Part shown: piece by piece, positions 25,042 to 33,188 of the stretch | Numbering within the stretch: the stretch's first letter is position 1 | Layout of the letters: each line of letters opens with the position of its first letter | Assembly: GCA_036564015.1 (NCBI GenBank) | Contig: DATCLG010000217.1 | Span: 1 to 58,624, forward strand | Origin: Longimicrobiales bacterium | Lineage (GTDB): Bacteria > Gemmatimonadota > Gemmatimonadetes > Longimicrobiales > RSA9 | Reading direction: 5' to 3' | DNA: 58,624 bases | The notes under the pieces: generated by a model | What the model was told of the DNA's origin: nothing | Seen by the model: the letters and a program-made list of their open reading frames with translations, nothing else | Database searches by the model: none | Position numbers and translations under genes: made by a program

Positions 25042-26649
25042 TCACGCCAGGCCCAGCGCCCGGGCGATCAGCGAGGGCGGGATCGTGCCCCAGGAGAGCA
25101 CGCGATCGTGGAAGTCGCGGAGCTCGAACGCCTCGCCCTGCCGGGCCCGGAACCGTTCCCGGAGGCGCAGGAGCTCGCGCTTCCCCACGGCGTAGCTGAG
25201 CGGCTGTGTCGGCTCGGCGCAATACCGCCGCACCTCGATCTCGGCGTGGAACCGCTCCAGCCCCGCCTCCTCGACAAGGTAGGCCACCGCCCGGTCCGTG
25301 CTCCACCCGCGAGCATGGAGGCCGACATCGACCACCACCCGGCACGCCCGCCAGAGGAGGTTCTGGAGCTGCAGCAGCCGCTCGCGAGGATCCGCGTAGA
25401 AGCCCTGCTCCCACATCATCTCCTCGCAGTAGAGCGCCCACCCCTCCGCGAACACGGGAGTCCAGAAGACCCGACGCGGCTCCGTGTCCGCCCGGCACGC
25501 CCACGTAAACTGCAGATGGTGCCCCGGATACGCTTCGTGCAGCGCCGTGATCGGAATCCCGTAGCGCGAATGCTCCCGCAGCAGCTCTCCGTTGTCTGGC
25601 GGTGTCACGAAGAAGAACCCCTGCTGCTCCACCTCGTGGGGCGCGGGCGGCACGTACGCGGCACTGGGGATGAGCGGCCTCAGGTACTCCGGCGTCGGCA
25701 CCACCGCGAGCGCCTCAGTCGGCGGAATCCCGACCAGGTCCCGCTCGAGGATGAAGTCCCGCGCGCGCTGCACCTCCCTCGCGTAGGTTTCGATCAGCTC
25801 GTCCGCAGGCGGATGCTCCTCCCTCAGCACCTCGACCCACTCCTTCCACCCCCGCCCCTGCCCGAGCTCGGCGGCGAGGGCCTCGAGCTCCTTCTGTGTC
25901 TCTCGCCTCAGCGCCTCGCCGTACGCCGCCAGCTCATCGACCGTGTACGCCAGTCCGTGCACGTGCCGCAGCTTCGCCTCGAACGCCACCTTCCCCAGCG
26001 CGAACCCGGACGTCGCTCGCGGCGCGAGCTCATCCTCGAGCCAGCGCGCGTAGTCGAGGAGCGCGGCCCCCGCCCCGCGCAGCGCGTTCTCCCACCGGGC
26101 GAACTGGCGCGGGTCGTCCGCGAGCGCCTCGCCCAGGTACAGCGGCAGCACACGATCGAGCAGCTCCACCCCGCTCCGCGCCACGGCCGCCGCCGCCTCC
26201 ACCAGCACCGGCGCCGCCTCGGTCAGGTTCTCCCGTGCCTCCCCCAGCAGCCGGGGCAGCGCGCTGAGCCGCTCCGTCGCCTGCAGCGCACGCTCCCCCG
26301 CCGGCGCATGCTCCCGCACCGCCATGAGGTAGAGCGACTCGAGCGGCTGTTCCAGGTAGAGGAGGGGGTTTCGGGCGTGGGTCCGGACCTCCTCGAGGTC
26401 CATCAGGTACCAGCGGAGCTGTCCCAGCACGAGCTCGCGGTCCAGCGCCTCGCCCGCATCACGAGGCACGGCCTGCTCGAACGCGCGCAGGTACTCCCGG
26501 ACATGGCGCCGGCGCTCGGCCAGCGCGGCAGGGTCCGCTCGCTCCAGCTCGCCGTCGTACGTGTGGATCCCGACAGCCGTCGCCTGCGACGGATGCGTGC
26601 GCCACCAGTACGCGAAGAACTCCTCGACCAGGCGATTGAACGTGCTCAT
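25042..26649 (-). CDS. DUF885 family protein (metallopeptidase-like HExxPGHH motif)
   Basis: 535 aa with HEAYPGHHLQ and an overall DUF885-like sequence. Lies 15 nt downstream of the EVE gene. Confidence 0.85.
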   Translation of the reverse strand: MSTFNRLVEEFFAYWWRTHPSQATAVGIHTYDGELERADPAALAERRRHVREYLRAFEQAVPRDAGEALDRELVLGQLRWYLMDLEEVRTHARNPLLYLEQPLESLYLMAVREHAPAGERALQATERLSALPRLLGEARENLTEAAPVLVEAAAAVARSGVELLDRVLPLYLGEALADDPRQFARWENALRGAGAALLDYARWLEDELAPRATSGFALGKVAFEAKLRHVHGLAYTVDELAAYGEALRRETQKELEALAAELGQGRGWKEWVEVLREEHPPADELIETYAREVQRARDFILERDLVGIPPTEALAVVPTPEYLRPLIPSAAYVPPAPHEVEQQGFFFVTPPDNGELLREHSRYGIPITALHEAYPGHHLQFTWACRADTEPRRVFWTPVFAEGWALYCEEMMWEQGFYADPRERLLQLQNLLWRACRVVVDVGLHARGWSTDRAVAYLVEEAGLERFHAEIEVRRYCAEPTQPLSYAVGKRELLRLRERFRARQGEAFELRDFHDRVLSWGTIPPSLIARALGLA

Positions 26650-26664
26650 CGGCCATCCGCCCGG

Positions 26665-27111
26665 TCAGCGGCCGCCCCCGCCCGCCGCGACGCCAGAGCT
26701 CGTCCCGCTCTTCTCCAGCACGCGGTCCCACTGCTCCGCCGTCACCGGCTGCACGGCCACCCGCGGCATCCGGACGAAGCCCATCGTGGAGAGCAGAGGA
26801 TCCGCTTTCAGCTCGCCCAGCGGGAGCGGCCGCTCCAGCGGCGCCACGGGCTCGACGTCCACCACCACGCGCTCGGGGTCTGCCGGGTCCGGGCGCGGCT
26901 CGCTCGCGACCCGGGCAGTGCCGACGAGCGCCTTCTCGGGAGCCGTGTGATAGATCAGCACCGCATCGCCCGGGCGGCACCTCCGCAGGTTCTTCTGCGC
27001 TGGCGCGCCGGTCACTCCATCCCAGACCGTCCGTCCGTCGCGGACCAGATCGGCCCAGCCGTAATCCTCCGGATCGGCCAGAAAGACCCAGAGCTGCCGA
27101 TTCTCACTCAA
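26665..27111 (-). CDS. EVE (PUA-like, ASCH-related) domain protein
   Basis: WVFLADPEDYGWADLVRDGRTVWDGVTGAPAQKNLRRCRPGDAVLIYHT...ALVGTARVASEP. ORF 26665..27249 re-started at the TTG at 27111, which has GGAGG 7 nt upstream. The upstream 46 codons are Arg-rich junk. Confidence 0.78.
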   Translation of the reverse strand: MSENRQLWVFLADPEDYGWADLVRDGRTVWDGVTGAPAQKNLRRCRPGDAVLIYHTAPEKALVGTARVASEPRPDPADPERVVVDVEPVAPLERPLPLGELKADPLLSTMGFVRMPRVAVQPVTAEQWDRVLEKSGTSSGVAAGGGGR

Positions 27112-27567
27112 GGTTCGACCTCCATGGCTCGGGGCGGGATCTCCTGTTGAACCGCGTGGGCCGACGACCGGCCGCGCGGCGCTCCTTCTCTCCCCCCGCT
27201 CCGCCCGGCGCGACGCGCGCCGGGAACGGCCGGGGCAAGCAACGACCACGGCACGACAGGGAAATCGGAATACGATCGCGGGCCCGTCCGCGGGCCCGCC
27301 GTCGGGTGTCCGACGGCCGGTACAGGAACGCCGCGGGTTGGGCCGGAACCCCGGCTCCAGACCGGATCGCCGTCGTCGGCGCAGCGCTCGCTGGAAAGGC
27401 GGCTGACCGGATACACGCGGGGGCCGACGCGGAGCGCACCCCCCTCCGCGTCGGTGGGGTGAGGCCCGGCCGGGTCACGCGCAGCAGGCGCCTTCGGTTG
27501 ATCCTGGACCAGGTGCCAATCCAGCATCGCCCCTTCCACAACGCCTCGAGACGTCCCGGCTGAGGCT

Positions 27568-27597
27568 TTGGTCAAGATGGCCGGGGCATGCTAGTAT
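27568..27597 (+). promoter_or_regulatory. sigma70-like promoter motif (TTGGTC-N18-TAGTAT) upstream of the M20 peptidase gene
   Basis: Read directly from the sequence. The -10-like element is 95 nt upstream of the ATG at 27693. Confidence 0.3.
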
Positions 27598-27692
27598 TGT
27601 CAACGGAGCCCGGAGGCCATGCGCCCGGCACGGAGAAAGTCCGGCAGGAAGCCCCGGGCAGTCGCGCTCCCGGGCCAGCCCGGGGAATCGAC

Positions 27693-28916
27693 ATGGAAAC
27701 GAGGACGGCCATCGACATCGCGAGCCTGGCTGAGCACCCGGCCGTGCGCCGGGCCCGCCAGATCCTGTACGACACCGACGCCGAGACCCTGGCCGACCAG
27801 CTCGAGCTGGTCCAGATCCCCGCCCCCCCCTTCCACGAAGCCGCGCGCGCGCAACGGATGAGGGAGCGGTTCTCCGCGCTCGGACTCGTCGACGTCGCCG
27901 TGGACGAGGTCGGCAACGTCCTGGCGCGACTGCCCACAAACGGGGCGTCGTCCCACCCGCCGCTCCTCGTCGCGGCCCACCTCGACACCATCTTCCCCGA
28001 GGGGACCGACATCACCGTGCGCCGGGAGGGAGAACGGCTCTTCGCGCCGGGGATCTCGGACAACGCCCGTGGGCTCGCCGCCACCCTCGCCCTCGCCCGC
28101 GCCCTCCTCCGCGCCGGGATCTCCACCACTCACCCCGTGGTCTTCGTCGCCACCGTGGGCGAAGAGGGCATCGGCGACCTCCGGGGGGTCAAACACCTCT
28201 TCCGCGACGACTCGCCCTGGCGCGCCGCAGCAGGGTTCCTCTCCCTCGACGGCGCAGGCCGCCGCCGCATCGTCCACCGCGCCGTCGGCTCACGACGCTT
28301 CCGCATCACCTTCGACGGCCCGGGAGGACACTCCTGGGCCGATTGGGGCATCGCCAACCCCATTCACGCGCTCGGCCTGGCGATCTCCGAGTTCGTGCGC
28401 ATCACGCCGCCGTTCCAGCCCCGCAGCGCCCTCACCGTGGGACGCGTCGCCGGCGGCACAAGCGTCAACGCCATCCCCGAGCGGGCCTGGCTCGAGCTCG
28501 ACCTCCGGAGCGAAGATCCGCGCACCCTCGCCGAACTCGAAGCGCGCGTCCGCCGCGCACTCAACGCCGTGATCCAGGACGTGAACGCCCGGCGCCGGAT
28601 CGGCACTCCTGCACTGACCGCGAGCATCGACGTGATCGGCGACCGGCCCGCCGGCGAAACGCCCATCGACTCCCCGCTCGTGCAGGCCGCCCGCGCCGCC
28701 ACCCACGCCCTCGGCGATGTGCCCGAGCTCGTCGCCTCCTCCACCGACGCCAACATCCCGATCGCTCTGGGCATCCCCGCCATCACGCTCGGCGCCGGCG
28801 GCGAGTCCGGCGGGACGCACACCACCGAGGAGTGGTACTCCAACCACGGCGGGCCCGAGGGCATCGAACGCGCCCTGCTCACCCTCCTCGCCGTGGCAGG
28901 AGTCGCGGACCGATGA
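27693..28916 (+). CDS. M20 family metallopeptidase (PepT/ArgE/DapE-like)
   Basis: Trimmed to the ATG at 27693 (METRTAIDIASL). Metal-ligand motifs AAHLDTIFPEG, GISDNARG and ATVGEEGIGDLRG. Confidence 0.88.
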   Translation: METRTAIDIASLAEHPAVRRARQILYDTDAETLADQLELVQIPAPPFHEAARAQRMRERFSALGLVDVAVDEVGNVLARLPTNGASSHPPLLVAAHLDTIFPEGTDITVRREGERLFAPGISDNARGLAATLALARALLRAGISTTHPVVFVATVGEEGIGDLRGVKHLFRDDSPWRAAAGFLSLDGAGRRRIVHRAVGSRRFRITFDGPGGHSWADWGIANPIHALGLAISEFVRITPPFQPRSALTVGRVAGGTSVNAIPERAWLELDLRSEDPRTLAELEARVRRALNAVIQDVNARRRIGTPALTASIDVIGDRPAGETPIDSPLVQAARAATHALGDVPELVASSTDANIPIALGIPAITLGAGGESGGTHTTEEWYSNHGGPEGIERALLTLLAVAGVADR

Positions 28917-28992
28917 GCCCGCCGAAAAAGCGGCGCCCCCGCCGGGCCAGCAACGCCCGCGGGGGCACCGCCGCACTCCAGGCGGCCGGCGG

Positions 28993-30003
28993 CTACGCGC
29001 TCGCCCCCGACCACTCCCCGAGCACCTCCGAGTGATCCGCCACGCTCACCTGCCCGTTCACCCCGCGGATGCGGACCTTGTCACCGACCAGCGAATCGTG
29101 GAGCGTCGCCCCTTCGATCACCACACCCTCCCCGATCAGCGAATCGCGGATCCGGGAATGCCGGATGACGCTCCCCGCCCCGATCGTGACGTTCGGGCCG
29201 ATCTCCACCTCCTCCAGCGTGACCCCCTCGGGGATCAGGACCGGGTCGTGGATCCGCACCCCCACGCCCCCCGCCGGCCGGCGCGCCCGCCCCTTCTCCA
29301 GCAGATGGCGGTTCGTCTCGATCAGCGTCTTCGGCTCACCGCAGTCGTACCACCCCTCCACCTCCACCGTCTTCAGCTTCGCGCCTCGGTCGATCATGTA
29401 CTGGAAGGCGTCCGTCAGGTAGTACTCCTCGCCCGGCGCCTTCGGGCGACCCAGCGTGTGGTCGATCCCCTCGAAGAGCAGCTTCCAGTCCCGGACATAG
29501 TACAGCCCGATGTTCGCCAGCCTGGAGATCGGGTCCTTCGGCTTCTCCACGATCCGCTTCATGTAGCCCTGCGCGTCCGTGACGATCACGCCGAAGCGCT
29601 GGTAGTCCTCCACCTCCTTCGCCCAGATCACCCCCGCCACCTCTTCCGGCAGATCCCGCACGATCGAGAGGTCCGCGTCGAACAGCGTGTCCACGAACAC
29701 GATCAGGACATCCTCATCGATGTACGGCTGCGCCAGCTTGACCGCGCCCGCCGTCCCGTTCTGTACCGGCTGCTCGACGAAGTGCGAGCGAAAGTCCGCG
29801 TACTCCCGCCGGACGTAGTCCTCGATCTTCTCCTTCAGGTACCCGGTGATGAACACGATCTCCTCGACCCCGAGCTCCCTCAGGTCGTCCAGGATGTAGC
29901 TCATCACCGGCTTCCCCCCCACCCGCAGCAGCGGCTTGGGGTTCACGTAGGTGTGCGGGCGGAGCCGCGTTCCCTTCCCCGCCAGCGGAATGATGACTTT
30001 CAT
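28993..30003 (-). CDS. sugar-phosphate nucleotidyltransferase with C-terminal left-handed beta-helix
   Basis: Trimmed to the ATG at 30003 (GGAGGAGG Shine-Dalgarno). MKVIIPLAGKGTRLRP (GxGTRxxP). The C-terminal hexapeptide-repeat region is IGPNVTIGAGSVIRHSRIRDSLIGEGVVIEGATL. Confidence 0.88.
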   Translation of the reverse strand: MKVIIPLAGKGTRLRPHTYVNPKPLLRVGGKPVMSYILDDLRELGVEEIVFITGYLKEKIEDYVRREYADFRSHFVEQPVQNGTAGAVKLAQPYIDEDVLIVFVDTLFDADLSIVRDLPEEVAGVIWAKEVEDYQRFGVIVTDAQGYMKRIVEKPKDPISRLANIGLYYVRDWKLLFEGIDHTLGRPKAPGEEYYLTDAFQYMIDRGAKLKTVEVEGWYDCGEPKTLIETNRHLLEKGRARRPAGGVGVRIHDPVLIPEGVTLEEVEIGPNVTIGAGSVIRHSRIRDSLIGEGVVIEGATLHDSLVGDKVRIRGVNGQVSVADHSEVLGEWSGASA

Positions 30004-30362
30004 TCGCCCACCTCCTCCTTCGTCGTGCCCCTCGGGTTGCCGCGAAGATAGGTGGCCCATCGTCCGGACGTCAACCAACGTCGCGGCAGCACCGACCCGG
30101 GGCCCCTGGCCGCTGGCCGGGAACGCGCGGGACGCGGGCCGTGCCCCCCACGCAGAGCCACGCTCCACCGAGGCCCGATCGCTCCACCAGGCTATCCGAC
30201 CGACCCCTGGTCTGTATCCTGCACAAAACCAGCGCAGGGGGAGCCACCGACCCCCCACCCGCGCCCCGCGCCGTGGGCCGCTTCCCCCGCGCTATCGCGG
30301 CGCGGCAGGCGCGCCCGCCGGGCAGGAGGGCCGATCCGTGTATCCATCCGATTCGCCCTCGC

Positions 30363-30375
30363 TGTCCACTTTACT
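30363..30375 (+). promoter_or_regulatory. conserved 13-mer TGTCCACTTTACT (copy A), function unknown
   Basis: Identical 13-mer also occurs at 39678-39690. Both copies are preceded 22-24 nt upstream by a (G/C)TGTAT element. Both lie upstream of + strand genes for exported proteins. Confidence 0.35.
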
Positions 30376-30678
30376 GGTCACTGCCGCCCGCGGAAGGGAG
30401 AAGCGCGAAGCTCAGGGTTGCCGGGCCCGCCGCAGGTCGGCCCGCCCCGGCCGCCCCTACGAGGTGGGCTACGGCCGTGAACCCGGCTGCCTTACCTCCA
30501 CGGCAACGGCTTGCCTCCGCCGGGGGGCCGCCCCATCTTGGCTCGCCGCGTGGGCTTCACTCGTGCCGGCACACGGTCCGGCAGCCGCCCTTCCCGGCAC
30601 GCCCCGCCGGAGCAGGGGCGCCGCGGGCTGCGGCAGGCGAGCCAGGGACACAGGAACGCCGGAAAAAGGAGGAAATCC

Positions 30679-31401
30679 ATGCGACGACTCGCGGTTCTCT
30701 TGCCCCTGTTACTGCCGGCCACAGCCCAGGCCCAGGAACAGCCCCGCTGGGAACCCACGGCCCGCACGGTCACCGTGACCGCCACCGGCACCGCCGAACG
30801 GCCGCCGGATCAGGCCGTCCTCTCCCTCGCCGTCGAGAGCACCGCCAGGACCGCCCAGGCCGCTTCCCAGGCCAACGCAAAGAAGATGGAGGCGCTCGTC
30901 AGCGTCCTCCGCCGGGCCGGCATCCCCGGGGATCGCATCCGGACCACCTCCTACCAGCTCCACCCGGAGTACGCCACCCCCCGCCCGGGCTCCGACCGTG
31001 AGCCGGAGATCACCGGCTACCGGGCCATGAACATGGTGCAGGTCGAGATCGACCAGGTGGACCGCGTGGGCGCCGTGATCGACGCCGCGATCGGCACCGG
31101 CGCGAACCGCATCGCCGGCCTCCAGTTCCGCCTCCGTGACCCGGAGCCCGCACGACGTGAGGCGCTCCGGAACGCCACCCTCGCGGCCCGGGCGCAGGCC
31201 GAGGCCCTGGCCTCCGCCGCAGGACAACGCCTCGGTCCGCTGCTCGCCCTCAGCACGGGCGCCATCACCCCGCCCCCGCGCCCGTTCATGGCCGCCGAGG
31301 CCAGACTCATGGCCGGCGATGTCGCCTCGACTCCGATCGAACCGGGTACCCTCACCGTGACCGCCACGGTCACCGCTGTCTACCAGCTCGAAGCGCCATG
31401 A
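30679..31401 (+). CDS. SIMPL/DUF541 family periplasmic protein (YggE-like)
   Basis: Trimmed to the ATG at 30679 (AAAGGAGG Shine-Dalgarno). Signal peptide MRRLAVLLPLLLPATAQA. ITGYRAMNMVQVEI and IEPGTLTVTATVTAVYQL fit the SIMPL fold. Confidence 0.85.
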   Translation: MRRLAVLLPLLLPATAQAQEQPRWEPTARTVTVTATGTAERPPDQAVLSLAVESTARTAQAASQANAKKMEALVSVLRRAGIPGDRIRTTSYQLHPEYATPRPGSDREPEITGYRAMNMVQVEIDQVDRVGAVIDAAIGTGANRIAGLQFRLRDPEPARREALRNATLAARAQAEALASAAGQRLGPLLALSTGAITPPPRPFMAAEARLMAGDVASTPIEPGTLTVTATVTAVYQLEAP

Positions 31402-31853
31402 GCCTGCTGCTCCGCCGTCTCTGGCGCGGCCTGACCCGCCGCGCCGCAGCCACCGCGCCTGACGCCGACGACCCGCGGCTCCGCGGACGCACCTACGCCA
31501 TCCCCTTCGACCGGGTCTGGTGCGCCGCCCTCGAGCTCGCCAGCGGCCGCCTCAGGCGCTGGCGCATCCTCGAGGCCGATGACCGCGAGGGCATCCTCCA
31601 GGCCGAGGCGCGTTCCCTGCTCTTCGGCACCCGGCACGAGGTCACGATCTCCATCACCCTCGACGAAAACGCCCAGACCCGCGTCGACGCCCGCGCCGCT
31701 ACCGACGCCCGGCGCCCGGACTTCGGCAGCAGCGCCCGGAAGATCGGCGCCTTCTTCCGGGCGCTGGACCGTACCCTCGGCCTCCGCGCCACCCCCGCAC
31801 CCCACCCCGCCCCGGCTCCGCCCCTCACCCCCGGCTCCATCGGCTCGCAGTAG
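31398..31853 (+). CDS. DUF1499 family protein
   Basis: ATGA overlap with the SIMPL stop. ...RWRILEADDREGILQAEARSLLFGTRHEVTISI...DFGSSARKIGAFFRALD resembles DUF1499 proteins as I recall them. Confidence 0.7.
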   Translation: MSLLLRRLWRGLTRRAAATAPDADDPRLRGRTYAIPFDRVWCAALELASGRLRRWRILEADDREGILQAEARSLLFGTRHEVTISITLDENAQTRVDARAATDARRPDFGSSARKIGAFFRALDRTLGLRATPAPHPAPAPPLTPGSIGSQ

Positions 31854-31870
31854 GAGGCGGACGAACCACG

Positions 31871-33184
31871 ATGCCCCCGGCTCGAACCCGACCACCCCAA
31901 CCGGTCATGCTGCTCGAGGGCGCGCTCGTCCTCACCGTAGACGACGCCTCGACGACCGGATGGCTCTCCGTCGCCGTCCAGGATGGCCGCATCGCCGCCA
32001 TCGGCGACCCCGCCGAGCTACGCCGCCGCTTCCCCAACGCCGAGCCCGTCGACTGCTCCCGGCGAATCCTGCTGCCCGGACTCGTCAACGCACACCTCCA
32101 CCCCGAGCTGCACGTGCTCAAGGGCGCCGTCGAGGAGCTCCACCTACACGACTGGGCCAGCGCGAAGACCTTCGACGACGCCCTCGCCGTCCTCTCCTCC
32201 CCCCACGGCCTCTGGATCCAGCGCGCCGCCATCCGCGCCGCCCTCGCCGATTGCCTCCTCACCGGCACCACCTGCGTCGCCACCTACGGCGTCACCCGCG
32301 ACTCCGACCAGACCGCCGCCGAAGAGATCTCACGACTCGGCCTCCGCGGCTACGTCACCATCCGCGACATCGAGTTCGCCCCACGCCCCCCGGGCGATAT
32401 CCCTCGCATGTACCGACTCCACGCCGAGGAAGCCCTCACCACCGCCGAGCTCGAAGCAGCCGCCCGCGCCCACGCCCGCGGCGAGCAGATCATCATGCAC
32501 GCCGCCGAGACCACCCAGCGCATCCGCCTCGTCGTCGAGCAGTTCGGCACCACCACCATCCGCCTCCTCGACCGCTACGGCCTCCTCTCCCCCCGCGTCC
32601 TCCTCTCCCACGCGCTCTACGTCGACGAAGAAGAGCAGCAGCTCCTCGCCCGCTACGGCGTCCCGGTCATCAGCTCGCCCACCGCCGAGATGAAACTCTC
32701 CGACGGCGTCGCGCCCATCACCGACTACCTCGCCCTCGGCATCCCCGTCGCACTCGGCACCGACTGCGCCGTATGCAACAACAGCAACGACATGTTCCGC
32801 GAGATGCGCCAGCTCGGCCTCGTCCAGAAGCTCCGCCGCGGCGCCGACGCCATGCCCGCGGAGCAGATCTTGCGCGCCGCCACCTCCGGCGGCGCACGCG
32901 CGCTCGGGGCCACCGGCAGGTTCGGCACCCTCGCCGAGGGGGCGGCGGCCGACCTGATCCTCGTCGACACCGCCAACCCCCGCCTCCAGCCGCTCGTGCA
33001 CCGCGACGGCTACTCGAACGTCGTGGCCAACCTCGTCTACGCCGCCACCGGCCAGGACGTCACCGACGTCATGATCCGCGGACGATGGGTGGTGCGGGAA
33101 CGCAGGCTTCTCACCGCCGATGCCGACGCACTCTGGGAAGACCTGGCACGCGCCGCCACCGCCCTCTACGACCAGATCCTGTGA
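31871..33184 (+). CDS. amidohydrolase (MtaD/SsnA/chlorohydrolase-type nucleobase or nucleoside deaminase family)
   Basis: [14 protein letters not shown] (HxH metal motif), ...IIMHAAET..., [15 protein letters not shown]. An alternative start at the ATG at 31907 ([13 protein letters not shown]) is equally plausible. Confidence 0.85.
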   Translation: MPPARTRPPQPVMLLEGALVLTVDDASTTGWLSVAVQDGRIAAIGDPAELRRRFPNAEPVDCSRRILLPGLVNAHLHPELHVLKGAVEELHLHDWASAKTFDDALAVLSSPHGLWIQRAAIRAALADCLLTGTTCVATYGVTRDSDQTAAEEISRLGLRGYVTIRDIEFAPRPPGDIPRMYRLHAEEALTTAELEAAARAHARGEQIIMHAAETTQRIRLVVEQFGTTTIRLLDRYGLLSPRVLLSHALYVDEEEQQLLARYGVPVISSPTAEMKLSDGVAPITDYLALGIPVALGTDCAVCNNSNDMFREMRQLGLVQKLRRGADAMPAEQILRAATSGGARALGATGRFGTLAEGAAADLILVDTANPRLQPLVHRDGYSNVVANLVYAATGQDVTDVMIRGRWVVRERRLLTADADALWEDLARAATALYDQIL

Positions 33185-33188
33185 GCCC

